This document shows positions 1 to 9,459 of a stretch of DNA of 64,000 nt, in pieces. The number at the start of each line of letters is the position of its first letter. Positions within the stretch are counted from its first letter, which is position 1. This stretch comes from a virus. Position numbers and translations under genes: made by a program. The notes beneath the pieces are model-generated. The model was not told where the DNA came from, did not search any database, and saw only the letters and a list, made by a program, of their open reading frames with translations. The stretch spans positions 1 through 64,000 of IMG/VR virus record IMGVR_UViG_3300012209_000005. One strand, written 5' to 3'.

Positions 1-2
1 GT

Positions 3-263
3 GACGAGGGCAAGTGCACCCGGTGCGGGAGCAGGCGCAACCTGCACTACCATCATGTGAAGCCTTTCGCGGCCGGCGGCCGGAACACGAAAGACAACCT
101 GCGGCTGCTGTGCAGGCGCTGTCACAAGAAAGTGCACCAGGGAACAGGCATGAAACAGGATATGCACGTCGCGGGGCAGTGCGGCTGCCCGTGCCCGGAA
201 TGCTCGCGGAAGCAGGTCCACTGCTACCGGCACGCCAGCGACTGCCACAAGGGGTGCCGGTGA
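3..263 (+). CDS. HNH endonuclease (5'-truncated by window edge)
   Basis: Frame reads CTRCGSRRNLHYHHVKPFAAGG..NLRLLCRRCHKKVH: CxxC..HH..P...GG....N...LCxxCH HNH signature. Confidence 0.85.
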   Translation, partial: DEGKCTRCGSRRNLHYHHVKPFAAGGRNTKDNLRLLCRRCHKKVHQGTGMKQDMHVAGQCGCPCPECSRKQVHCYRHASDCHKGCR

Positions 264-554
264 AGAAGCTGACCTGCTTCTACTGCGGGCGCGAGCGCCC
301 CGCCCGGATGATGACCAGCTCGATGATCTACCGGGGGAAGATGATCTGCTCCTCCGATGTGACCACCTGCCTGAAGCTGCGGGCCGGGACCATCCACGAG
401 CGCAACGCGCCGAAGTTACTGGCGCCAGGTGCGGTAGTCGCTGTCCTTGTACAGGAAGGCGGCCTCCGCTGTCTTCACCGCGCCCAGCCTGCGCGCCCTG
501 CGCCGGCACCTCCGGGTATCGGTGCAGGCGTACGACGCCCTCGTCCTGGTCAGC

Positions 555-1112
555 TTAGAGTCCGGGCGCAGTTCGGAGCACTGGCTGCACTGGTGGTGTT
601 GCTGCTGGCGCACTGGCAGGGGTTCCTGTCGGAGTAGGGGCGGGCGTGGTGCTGGCGGGCGCCGGCGTGCTCGTCGCGGGTGACGGTGACACGGCCGGAG
701 CAGGGCTGGTCAGCGGAGCTGCGCTTCCGGCGGACATCGGCGGCTTGCGGGGCTTGCGCGCGTGCTTTCTCCGTACGGGCGGGGCCGTCGTCACCCGGGG
801 CGTGATCGTCACCCGCCGGTGATGGTGACGCGCACGCGGGGAAAGCACCGAGGAGGGGGAAGGGGAGCGCGTCCTGCCCCCGGGCCCCCTCGGGGTGGTG
901 GAGCTGGGCTTGCCCCCCTCCGCGGGCACCGGGTTGAAGACGGGCGCGGGCACGCCCGCGGAGTCCAGGAAGAACTTCACCCCGGCCGCGGACGCGGCGA
1001 AGAAGATGATGAACACCATGATGGAAAAGCAGGTTTTCGTCGCTGCGTTGCGCATGTACTCGCGCCAGATCCACTTCACTGTGTGATCGTACCTGCCCTC
1101 CGCGGGTAGCAT
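555..1112 (-). CDS. Pro/Thr-rich membrane-anchored hypothetical protein
   Basis: Hydrophobic segment (FSIMVFIIFFAASAAGV) followed by a low-complexity P/T/S/A tail; start uncertain. Confidence 0.4.
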   Translation of the reverse strand: MLPAEGRYDHTVKWIWREYMRNAATKTCFSIMVFIIFFAASAAGVKFFLDSAGVPAPVFNPVPAEGGKPSSTTPRGPGGRTRSPSPSSVLSPRARHHHRRVTITPRVTTAPPVRRKHARKPRKPPMSAGSAAPLTSPAPAVSPSPATSTPAPASTTPAPTPTGTPASAPAATPPVQPVLRTAPGL

Positions 1113-1135
1113 GAACCGGGAAGTGAACGGAGAAC

Positions 1136-1408
1136 ATGATGGCAGATGACCCGCTGAAGCCTCAGCGCGATGATGATCCTTACGTCCGGCAGCAGAAGAG
1201 GGAAGCCCGGGATGAGCTTGACGATATCCTGAGTGATCTGAACACGCTGGGGTTCACCGTGACGGCACGCAGGCGCATCTACTTCCTGCGCTGCCGCCAC
1301 GACGGGAAGTTCACATACGAGCTGGGACGGACGCTGGCAGATCGCGGGAGCTGGAGCCTGTTCGCGATCCGGGCTGCTCACCGGCGGGAGTGCGGGAAAG
1401 AAACCTGA
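1136..1408 (+). CDS. hypothetical protein
   Basis: 90 aa ORF with GGAG RBS upstream. Confidence 0.5.
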   Translation: MMADDPLKPQRDDDPYVRQQKREARDELDDILSDLNTLGFTVTARRRIYFLRCRHDGKFTYELGRTLADRGSWSLFAIRAAHRRECGKET

Positions 1409-1631
1409 GTTCCTCCCTGCAGATATCCTCCAGGATGCTCATCATGCACGTCTGGTGCACGATGAAGTCATGCTTGCCGTGACTTCCGATACGGAACTTC
1501 GCGACCGCGATATCCCCGGAATCATCCGGGATCGGGCTGTTGCATGAATCACAGACGGTCTCGGTCCTCACCTCATGTGGACTAAAGGTGATCTTCCGCT
1601 CGTCACGGATGATGAAAGCGCGCGTGCTCAT
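1311..1631 (-). CDS. hypothetical protein with CxxC
   Basis: ATG at 1631 (MSTRAFIIRDE..VCDSCN..HQTC). Confidence 0.4.
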   Translation of the reverse strand: MSTRAFIIRDERKITFSPHEVRTETVCDSCNSPIPDDSGDIAVAKFRIGSHGKHDFIVHQTCMMSILEDICREELRFLSRTPAGEQPGSRTGSSSRDLPASVPARM

Positions 1632-2045
1632 GGACAAACAATAGCACTTAGCCTGCAGGTGCGTCTTACACAGACCCCACCCCCACATGGGGGCAGGACG
1701 GTGCTTTGCCAGCCGGATCTGTCCCGGAGTGCTGTTCTCGCTGCATGCTAGGGGTCTTATCACCGAGGTGAAACCTGCCTTGGACATTCGCATCCGCGCG
1801 CAGGGGGAGATCCCGTGAGTCTGCCTCACCCCGTACCAGGTCTGCCTTGAATCCGGGCTGAGCATTCAGCTCTGGTTGACGTTGAGTTTACCGTTGTCAC
1901 GGTGCTCTTACGGTGGCGCTGACACCGGGCTTTGATGACGGGGTTTGTCCGGAGCGTGCTCACTCTCCCCGAGGCTGACGAGTTTGCCTGTTGATCCCGA
2001 GTCTGTTATCAGGTAGACTGACCCTAGGTTGTCGCTGATCTAATT

Positions 2046-2080
2046 GTAATGGCGCTCTTAGCGGAGCGCCATTACCTTTT
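2046..2080 (+). terminator. intrinsic terminator-like hairpin
   Basis: gtaatggcgctc-ttagcg-gagcgccattac, perfect 12-bp stem followed by CTTTT. Confidence 0.6.
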
Positions 2081-2169
2081 GCGAACTACCGGAGTTTGCT
2101 CGCCCAGGCGGGACCGATCAACTCGTTAAGCTCCCTGACATTTTTTCAGGATCGTTCCTCCTCCATCTC

Positions 2170-3339
2170 TCAAAACGGAACCTCCACCTCTCCCGTCTCC
2201 ATGTCCACGATCCTGGTTCCCTGGTTCGGGTCGGTTCCGGACGGGGGAACCACCAGCCCCCTGCGCACCCTGTTCCTGCGCTCGATGATCGCCGCCTGCA
2301 GCTGGTCGTTGCGCATCCCGCCCACCCCGTTGTCCTTCAGGATGGCGCGGGTGCGGTCCCTGCCGTAGCTGGGCGGGATGCCCAGCCGGTCCAGCTGGGT
2401 GATGATCCCCTGGTACTGGGTGAGGGGGATCTCGATCTGCACGTCCCAGATGTGCCGCAGCGGGTCGTACCTGCGCTCCAGGTTGATGATCTGGCCGAAG
2501 GCGACGTGCCCGTTCCTGCTCTTCTGGCATTCCAGGGAGAAAGAATTGTCCCCGCTGTTGCGGGCCAGCCGCCACACGAAATCCACATCGCTCTCCTTCG
2601 CCGAACTCCCCCGCTGCCCCCGGAAGTCGTCCTTGCCGCTGTGATCCAGGCGCAGGATGGTGATCCCCCGCGCTTTCAGCGGGACCAGGGAGCACCGGTA
2701 CAGCTGCATGAAGGTGTCCGCCTGGTTTTCCTCGCCGGCCACCATCCGGGACACCGTGTCCATGATCACCAGGCGGGGCCCGTCCTGCTCCGCCAGGGCA
2801 GCCAGGTGCACGCCGCCGTCGGCGGTGTCCAGCGGGGGCAGCCCGGCGAACGAGTACATGACCAGGTTGCCCAGCTCGTCAGGCGTGCACCGGTACGCTT
2901 TCAGCCGGTCCACGGTGTCGCTGATCCTGTTCTCGTCGTCGATGTACATCACCACATGGCCGGCGCGGACCACCTCCACCGCGATCTCCAGCGCGATCAG
3001 GCTCTTCCCGATCCCCGGCTTGGAGAACATGGCGGACAGCGTGCCCACCTCCAGGAAGTCCTCCTTCAGCCACTCGATGTCCTCGGGCTGGGTCTTGAAA
3101 GCCTCCTGCCAGTTCACCCTCTTGTACTTGCCGGCAACCGATGATGCATCCGGGTGCGGGCCCGTCCCGTTGTGCGTCGCCTGGTAGTGCTGCAGCGCCT
3201 GACGGTACAGGATGCCCTCGGCCCCGCAGTTCGGGCACACGCCCGCGGGGCCCAGCGGCATGGGCATGTGGTGATTCTTCTCCGGGGAGCAGTCGCACAT
3301 CACCCCGCCGAGGGAGGTGAGGACCTCCGTGTCAGTCAC
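2170..3339 (-). CDS. AAA_25/RepA-type (RecA-fold) DNA helicase with N-terminal Zn-binding motif
   Basis: Walker A SKPGIGKS, YIDDEN, Walker B LVIMDT, LDHSGK..RGSSA motif; N-terminal CxC..H..CxxC. Confidence 0.8.
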   Translation of the reverse strand: MTDTEVLTSLGGVMCDCSPEKNHHMPMPLGPAGVCPNCGAEGILYRQALQHYQATHNGTGPHPDASSVAGKYKRVNWQEAFKTQPEDIEWLKEDFLEVGTLSAMFSKPGIGKSLIALEIAVEVVRAGHVVMYIDDENRISDTVDRLKAYRCTPDELGNLVMYSFAGLPPLDTADGGVHLAALAEQDGPRLVIMDTVSRMVAGEENQADTFMQLYRCSLVPLKARGITILRLDHSGKDDFRGQRGSSAKESDVDFVWRLARNSGDNSFSLECQKSRNGHVAFGQIINLERRYDPLRHIWDVQIEIPLTQYQGIITQLDRLGIPPSYGRDRTRAILKDNGVGGMRNDQLQAAIIERRNRVRRGLVVPPSGTDPNQGTRIVDMETGEVEVPF

Positions 3340-3718
3340 ACTCGATCACCTGCAGGACAAGCTGGGGCTTCTTGTCAGTGCGGTTCTCCCCCCGCACCAG
3401 GCACACCTCGGCGACATACCTGTCCGAGTCGTCTTTGAGAACCCCGGCGTCCACGAGACCGTCAATGCACGCCTTATAGCTGATGTACAGGTTGGCCACA
3501 TCACGCCGGCGGTTATCGCAGGCACGGAAAATGCACCGGATGCGCACCCTTCCGAAAGGCAGGAAGGGCTGCGCCTTCGCTGCCTTGCAGGCCTCGCTGC
3601 GCAGCTTCTCCGTCCGCTTCGCCCGCTCCTTGTAATGGATGCGGTCGTTGGCGTTGAGCAGGGGAAGGCCTGGCGGCAGCTCGATCCGCAGGATACGCGG
3701 GTCAGGAAGTCCAGTCAT
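3332..3718 (-). CDS. RusA-like Holliday junction resolvase
   Basis: RRDVANL...K..IDGLVDAGVLKDDS motif. Confidence 0.8.
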   Translation of the reverse strand: MTGLPDPRILRIELPPGLPLLNANDRIHYKERAKRTEKLRSEACKAAKAQPFLPFGRVRIRCIFRACDNRRRDVANLYISYKACIDGLVDAGVLKDDSDRYVAEVCLVRGENRTDKKPQLVLQVIECD

Positions 3719-3995
3719 CCGGGTGCCTTCCGATGGGAATCTCCGCCGGGTCCTCCCAGCTATGGACAAGGAAGCCAGACTCGTACCCGTATTCAGGGTT
3801 AGCGTGTATAAAAGTATGACAGCCGGGGCACAGGCACGCCAGGTTCGCGGCGCCGAAAGCGATATCCGGGTCCGAAGTGCCGCCAATGCCTTTCACGACA
3901 CGATGGTGGACCTCATGGCAGGGGCGCAGGCAGCGCCGGCACTGGTAGTTATCCCTTTCCAGGGCCTCGTACCGTGCCGTCTGCCACCGCCCCAC
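3702..3995 (-). CDS. HNH endonuclease
   Basis: ERDNYQCRRC...EVHHR....GG.....NLACLCPGCHTFIH. Confidence 0.85.
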   Translation of the reverse strand: MGRWQTARYEALERDNYQCRRCLRPCHEVHHRVVKGIGGTSDPDIAFGAANLACLCPGCHTFIHANPEYGYESGFLVHSWEDPAEIPIGRHPDDWTS

Positions 3996-4091
3996 ACACC
4001 TCCCTGCCTGCCTCGAAGGCCATTTCCAGGCATTCCTCGTCGATCTCGTGCGGCTCGGCGAAATGCTCGGCCAGCCAGTCCCCGAAGTTCA

Positions 4092-4319
4092 TCAGCTGCT
4101 CTGCGCCCGCACCTGCTGGACGATGTACTCCGCCACCTTCCGGTGCGCCTCGGTGAGGGTGTCATCGTCGGTGATCATCTGCAGCCATGCGTCAAGCTCG
4201 TGCGCTTTCACCGGCTCGCCCGTATCGGGGAAGGTGGGCATGTACACGTCGTAGTCCTGCTGGACCCAGGGAAGCGGAGCTTCGCTCCCCCAGATCCCTC
4301 CGTTATCTGGATGAGTCAC
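4092..4319 (-). CDS. hypothetical protein
   Basis: 75 aa ORF coupled to neighbours. Confidence 0.55.
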   Translation of the reverse strand: MTHPDNGGIWGSEAPLPWVQQDYDVYMPTFPDTGEPVKAHELDAWLQMITDDDTLTEAHRKVAEYIVQQVRAQSS

Positions 4320-4938
4320 GCTGCTCCTGGGTGTAGGCGATCCGGGAGGTGGTGGACGCGGTGCCCGCGGACACCGAGGTGGCAGCCGCCGTCCAGCCGC
4401 CGGCGGTGCCCGTGGTCGTCGCGCCGTAATTCAGGGTGGAATACGCGGGGATCCCGATCGAGCCCGCCTCGGCGAAGCTGTCCTGGTTGGCGCCCAGGTA
4501 GGTGAACTTCCAGTTGTACTTATCGGACTGGTGCCTGATCATGTCCTTCACCCGTGCCCGGGTGTACTCGCGGCTGGCGTTCTCCTGCCCGTCGGTGACG
4601 ATGACCACCATCACCTCGCCGGGGCGCGAGTCCTCGGGCATATCCCGGAGCTTGCCGCCCACCTTGGTGATCGCCGTGCCCACCGCGTCCAGTAGCGCCG
4701 TGCACCCCCGGGGGTGCAGCACATAGGTTTTCGCCGCCTCCAGCGGGGCGAAGTCGTGCACTTCCTCGTGCTCGGTGTCGAACTGGTAGAAGGAGACGGT
4801 ACGCTTGGCGGAGTCCACTCCCTCCAGCTGCTTGTCGATAAAGGTGCTGATCCCCCCGGTCATGTCCGCAGCGATGGTCGCCATGGAGCCGCTGCGGTCG
4901 ATGATGAACAGGTAGTGGACTTTGGTCCGGTCGGTCAT
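4303..4938 (-). CDS. von Willebrand factor A domain protein
   Basis: MIDAS motif IIDRSGSM, TALLDAVG, VIVTDGQENAS, FTYLGAN. Confidence 0.9.
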   Translation of the reverse strand: MTDRTKVHYLFIIDRSGSMATIAADMTGGISTFIDKQLEGVDSAKRTVSFYQFDTEHEEVHDFAPLEAAKTYVLHPRGCTALLDAVGTAITKVGGKLRDMPEDSRPGEVMVVIVTDGQENASREYTRARVKDMIRHQSDKYNWKFTYLGANQDSFAEAGSIGIPAYSTLNYGATTTGTAGGWTAAATSVSAGTASTTSRIAYTQEQRDSSR

Positions 4939-5029
4939 GCGCTTGCCTTCCTGCATCTCGGGCACCGGAAGTAGTGCCCCTTGTCTCGTCTCGGGCATTC
5001 CAGCGGGCAGCAGCGGCAGCAGAGGACTT

Positions 5030-8002
5030 TCACCGGGGCACCTCGCAGGTGTCATTGCTGCAGCCGCTCTCGCCCTCGGCCTCGGGCAGCCTCCCGTCGC
5101 GGTAGAGGGATTCCCAGTCGACCGGGCGGATGCTCTCCCGCAGCTGCTCCCAGTGCTCGCGGGAGACACGCTGGTAGGGGGCCTGCTCGTAGGTGCCCTC
5201 GGCCATGGGAAGGAAGGAGATCGTCTTGAACTTGCCGTCGAAGGCGCGGAGCACCGCGGGGATCTCCTTCATCTCTTCCGCGCCGAAAGTCACCGTGCAG
5301 CTCACCGCGTTATCGCTCCACCATTCCTGGCAGTGCGCCGCCAGTGCCGCCTTCTCCCAGATGGACACGTCGCGCTCGCTGCGCATCTGCGGGCCCTCCA
5401 CCGGCAGGGTGATCACCACGGTGGTATCCGGGTCGGAGACGCTGGGCTCCACCGGGTAGCCAGCAGCCGCCATCACTGCCGCGAAAGGAGAATCCTTCAT
5501 CTCCCGTACCGTCCGCACGTAGAACCCGGACTCCCTCGGCCAGTGGACCCCCGGGGTCACCCCCCACAGCAGGCTCACCGTGCCGCTCGGCTTCACCGTC
5601 GTCACCCGGATGCTCTCCCGGATCCCCAGCCACTCGCTGTAGATCCCGTCCCACCGGCGCACCTCCGCATAGCCCTTGTCCTGCCAGCGCCGTAGCTCCG
5701 CCCAGCCACGGTCCTCCGCGAACTGCGCCACGCCTGTCATCGACGTGCCGATGCGCCTGTTGCGGATCATCACCTCATTGGTTTCCGGCCACCGGGTCAT
5801 CAGCAGAGTGACCGTCTTCCCGTACAGGTAGGCGAACTTCAGCGTGCGCAGGTAGTCCTGGAGGTCGGTGTGACGGGAGGGGAAGGTTTCCACCAGGCAG
5901 CACATCTCGTTGTCTTCCAGCGGTTGCTCGCTGCAGTTCGAGACGTTCAGGCCACCGGACCAGTAGGTGTGGCTGGTGCCGTCCACGGTGATATCCCAGA
6001 CCTCGTGCTCACCCAGGAATTCCACCTCGGTTACGTTAAATGACCTATCGGGGGTACCCGTGTCGCTGCGCACAGTGTCCTGCAGCTTCTCCGTCTTATA
6101 CTGCTGGATGAAGCCGATGATCTCCGCGAAACGCAGGACATCTCGTGCCCGGCCGATGTTCACGTCGTAGGATTCGCGGGACTCGTAATCCCCGTTCGGC
6201 CACTGGATGCGCGACGGCTTATTCGTCGTGTAATACGAGGCGATGCCAAGAGCGGACAGGGAAAGCTGGACGCCATCGCGTATCGCGGGCGAGGTAGTCT
6301 TGAAGGTCACGCGCCCGCGCACGACCGACCCGTTGGCGGAGTACAATCCGCGCAGCACCGAGGCATCCCCCAGCAGCCCGGCCGGGAGAGCGCGCTCAGG
6401 CAAGCGGGCCAGGTTGCTGCCGTCGATAACCGGCTCGACCCTCCACTGACGGTCAGTACCATGCCGGCCGGAGATCAGGCCGGCGATCTCGCTGCTGAAA
6501 TAGTCCTGGTCATGCTCGCCGATGCACAGGACGTGGTAGGGGTTGCCGTTCGTGACGTGAATGTACCCGTCGCCCAGCAGCAACCCGGCGAGCACCTTCT
6601 TAGGGTCGTGAGGTGTCGCCTGAAGGCCGCCGCGCAGCCGGTCGACGGACTGGGCGTCGCGAAGCTCGACTTTCATGCCGCCGGATACGACGCGGTGGTT
6701 CTCCGTGGCGTCCACGTAGCCCGCCGTCGTCCGGTAGCGGTAGACGGGCTTCACGCCCGTCGCGACCTTGCGCGTGACCTGCACCCAGCCGTCCTGGGAC
6801 CAGATGGTGTCACCCGCCTGGACCTCGCCCATCACGGCGATGCCATCCGGGGTGATCAGGGAAGCCCATGCAGGCTGGCACGGGTTGAGGCCAACCGTGC
6901 GGTACTCCTTGTCATCAGGCGGGTCAGCGAGCCTGCCGCGGCTCGCGGCGACCCCGTTCCAGTACAGTCCGGGCTCCCCGTTGAGCGCGATCCGCGGGAC
7001 CAGGAACGAGTAGTCGAGGCCCACGTGGGCGTAGACGGAGTTGTTGCTCAGGTGACCCCAGCCGTCCCGGCCCATCCGCATGGGGTTCTTGCCCCAGTCC
7101 TTCAGGTCCAGGAAGTCCTCGTCATCCGGCTGGCCCAGGGCGATCTGGGCGCTGCGCCTCACGTTCGCCGACACCACGCACTTCCCGATCATGTTCATGA
7201 TGTCGGTGACATCGGAGCTGGTCAGCGGCTGGCCTTCGCGGTTCCGCAGCAGCCCCACCAGGTGCGCGTGCAGCTTCACCAGCGGCTGCGGCCCCGCCGC
7301 GGTCCCCCCGAAAGTCCTGATGGGCGCCCCGGCGGGGCGCACCTGCGAGTAGTCGAAGATCGGGAAGTCCTGCGACGGCGTAAGGAACGCGCGGAGCAGG
7401 CTGGCGGTCGCCTCGCACCAGCCTTCCCTGCTGTCCGCTACTACGTGCGGGACGAACCGGCGGGCGCCAGGGGACAGCGGGTCATTCAGGGTGATCTTCC
7501 CGGCGCCCAGGGTGTCGAAGCCCACGCCCACCCCGAGCATCGACATATCCATCATCCGGGCGAACGGGCGGGCCGGGTCCTCCAGGTCCGCCATTTCCAG
7601 GGTGGACAGGAACGCGCAGGACTGCAGGGCACTGGAGTCACCCCGTCCGTTGACCAGCTCGGTGCCCATCATCCACAGCCCCCGCCCCGGAGGGGACCAC
7701 TTGCCGGCGAACGCCCGGGTGTAAGCCTCCTCCGCGCTCTCGTGTGCCTGCAGCTCATTCCAGGGCAGGCAGTAGCGGGCCGCGTGGTCCTTCTGGATGG
7801 AGTACATCCCCTCGATGACACGGCGGAGACCCTCCCAGAAGTGCTCGCGGGTACCGTCGGGCTTGCGCCGGGAGTACTTGGTAATCCAGCTGTGCTCGCC
7901 GAGGGTATTGCCTGCGCCCATCGGGAAGCCGAAGTCGGGACGGCGGTTCTCGTAGCCGCGAAAGAAGCTCTCCCGCATCCGGTAGGAAAGGTAGTCAGGC
8001 AT
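5030..8002 (-). CDS. nrdJ: class II (B12-dependent) ribonucleotide reductase, intein-containing
   Basis: SPPGRGLW, LQSC, GVGVGFD, NVRRSA, split NP/CSEQ active site, CCLVE, TTVKPSGTVS, C-terminal CxxxxC. Confidence 0.93.
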   Translation of the reverse strand: MPDYLSYRMRESFFRGYENRRPDFGFPMGAGNTLGEHSWITKYSRRKPDGTREHFWEGLRRVIEGMYSIQKDHAARYCLPWNELQAHESAEEAYTRAFAGKWSPPGRGLWMMGTELVNGRGDSSALQSCAFLSTLEMADLEDPARPFARMMDMSMLGVGVGFDTLGAGKITLNDPLSPGARRFVPHVVADSREGWCEATASLLRAFLTPSQDFPIFDYSQVRPAGAPIRTFGGTAAGPQPLVKLHAHLVGLLRNREGQPLTSSDVTDIMNMIGKCVVSANVRRSAQIALGQPDDEDFLDLKDWGKNPMRMGRDGWGHLSNNSVYAHVGLDYSFLVPRIALNGEPGLYWNGVAASRGRLADPPDDKEYRTVGLNPCQPAWASLITPDGIAVMGEVQAGDTIWSQDGWVQVTRKVATGVKPVYRYRTTAGYVDATENHRVVSGGMKVELRDAQSVDRLRGGLQATPHDPKKVLAGLLLGDGYIHVTNGNPYHVLCIGEHDQDYFSSEIAGLISGRHGTDRQWRVEPVIDGSNLARLPERALPAGLLGDASVLRGLYSANGSVVRGRVTFKTTSPAIRDGVQLSLSALGIASYYTTNKPSRIQWPNGDYESRESYDVNIGRARDVLRFAEIIGFIQQYKTEKLQDTVRSDTGTPDRSFNVTEVEFLGEHEVWDITVDGTSHTYWSGGLNVSNCSEQPLEDNEMCCLVETFPSRHTDLQDYLRTLKFAYLYGKTVTLLMTRWPETNEVMIRNRRIGTSMTGVAQFAEDRGWAELRRWQDKGYAEVRRWDGIYSEWLGIRESIRVTTVKPSGTVSLLWGVTPGVHWPRESGFYVRTVREMKDSPFAAVMAAAGYPVEPSVSDPDTTVVITLPVEGPQMRSERDVSIWEKAALAAHCQEWWSDNAVSCTVTFGAEEMKEIPAVLRAFDGKFKTISFLPMAEGTYEQAPYQRVSREHWEQLRESIRPVDWESLYRDGRLPEAEGESGCSNDTCEVPR
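5936..6880 (-). mobile_element. 315-aa intein with LAGLIDADG endonuclease in nrdJ
   Basis: Starts C1 (CQPAW), block B ATENHRV, LAGLLLGDG and LRGLYSANG motifs, block F VWDITV, ends VSN followed by extein Cys (CSEQ). Confidence 0.92.
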
Positions 8003-8297
8003 AGTGGTTCCTTATTTCAGCGGCCTTGCTGACCATGAACTCGTCCGCCGCCTGGAGCACGGCATCAGGGGGGAACCCGAGCTTCATCATGGCAACGAAC
8101 AAGTCCCCGACAAGCTGGGCTGCCTCGCCGAGAACATCCTCCGGAGTGCGCTGCTTGATGCTCGTGCCGCCGCGTTCGAGTTTATTGAAAGCCCCGATTG
8201 TCTCGCCGGCTTCTTCGGCGACAGCACGGAACCACCTCTCGGGGTTCCATTCCCCCACGGCTTCGTCGAGTTCTTTGGCATGCACTTCCAGGTTCAT
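7995..8297 (-). CDS. MazG-like nucleotide pyrophosphohydrolase
   Basis: AEEAGE...K....EAAQ all-alpha NTP-PPase pattern. Confidence 0.6.
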   Translation of the reverse strand: MNLEVHAKELDEAVGEWNPERWFRAVAEEAGETIGAFNKLERGGTSIKQRTPEDVLGEAAQLVGDLFVAMMKLGFPPDAVLQAADEFMVSKAAEIRNHYA

Positions 8298-9034
8298 GTC
8301 TCTCCTGCTTTCGCTCCCCCGAACAGTGAGGTCCAGTCGTAGATGACTTTCGCTGCCAGGAACGCGCGCCAGTGGGCCTCGTCGCCGCTGACGGGGATGT
8401 ACTTCCAGCCGCGCGGCCGGATGTGCAGCACCGCCACGCCCTCCACGACGGGCATGGGCTCCTCGGTCCCGTCGCTGCGGATGATGAAGTCCGCGTGCCG
8501 CAGTGCGGCCAGCTGCAAGCCCGTCTCCGGGTAGACGCGCCGGCCCGTCTTGGAGTCCCCGAGTACCACCTGCCCGTCGATTTTCGCGATCCAGTCCGCG
8601 GTCCCGGCATACCCGTGCGCCCGGGACCAGACGGTCACCTCGTTCTCGGTGAACTCAGGCTTGCGGTCCATCACGAAGGACACGAACTGGTCCGCCTGCC
8701 CGCGGACGGTTTTCGGGACGTCCATCGCCTCGCCCTTGTTCCACTTGTCGATCATCTCGTGCACCAGCTCGCCCTTGTCCGCGGCCACCTGGGCAGTGCG
8801 GGCGTGCGCTTCCGAAATCTCCCGCACCCGGTACGCGGGCGCGATCTCCGACAGCGAACTCCAGTTCGACACCGCGTACCGGGCGGCCTCCCGGGCCGCC
8901 CACCCGATGAGCTGGGGCTTGGCGATTGCCGCGTCCATGATCGTCGTGACGCTGGGCACCGTCTCCCCGGTGACCGGGTGGCGGTACCTCCGGGAGCCGT
9001 CGGGCATCTCCCGGGCCAGGGGCGGCGGCTTCAT
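8294..9034 (-). CDS. PD-(D/E)XK (Cas4/RecE-like) exonuclease
   Basis: VPSVTTI, G..VH, YAGTADW, LGDSKTG, QLAAL motifs. Confidence 0.85.
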   Translation of the reverse strand: MKPPPLAREMPDGSRRYRHPVTGETVPSVTTIMDAAIAKPQLIGWAAREAARYAVSNWSSLSEIAPAYRVREISEAHARTAQVAADKGELVHEMIDKWNKGEAMDVPKTVRGQADQFVSFVMDRKPEFTENEVTVWSRAHGYAGTADWIAKIDGQVVLGDSKTGRRVYPETGLQLAALRHADFIIRSDGTEEPMPVVEGVAVLHIRPRGWKYIPVSGDEAHWRAFLAAKVIYDWTSLFGGAKAGET

Positions 9035-9459
9035 CCCGCGTGCTCCGCGTGCTCCATCCCCGGGAGGGGATCCTGGGCCCCGAAAGGGCCGAAGCCCAGC
9101 GCGGCCAGGTCTGCGAACGCCTCATCCCAGTCCGTGAAGCGCAGCCCCCGGTCATCGATGTAGACAGCCGCCGGGAGCTTGCGGCGGGTGACCAGGAGCA
9201 GGCCCTGCTCGTCCCAGAACTCGGGGAGCGTGTTCTCGTCCTCGTGCCAGCAGGTCTTGATGCCGGCGCGCTCCCCGATCCACCGTGCCACGGGCGCGGG
9301 CACGCGCGTGGTGTGGATGAAAACCGCGTGGCGCTTCATCAGCAGCCGCAGCGCGTCCAGCGCCCCGGGCAGGGGCTCGTCGTAGATGCTCCCGTCCTGC
9401 CAGCCCCGGGAGTAGGCGTGGATCACCCCGTCAAAGTCCACGGCCACCGTTTTCGTCAC
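9031..9459 (-). CDS. HAD-superfamily phosphatase/nucleotidase
   Basis: VAVDFDGVIH, IHTTR, K..A.VYIDDRG. Confidence 0.85.
   Translation of the reverse strand: MTKTVAVDFDGVIHAYSRGWQDGSIYDEPLPGALDALRLLMKRHAVFIHTTRVPAPVARWIGERAGIKTCWHEDENTLPEFWDEQGLLLVTRRKLPAAVYIDDRGLRFTDWDEAFADLAALGFGPFGAQDPLPGMEHAEHAG

Noticed and set aside
4303-4938. vWA protein as a split Ro60 partner of the Y RNAs
   Set aside because: It resembles stand-alone phage vWA proteins, lies 16 kb away, and no TROVE/HEAT domain is visible
8294-9034. CRISPR-associated Cas4
   Set aside because: No Fe-S Cys cluster and no cas context; paired with ERF as a recombination nuclease
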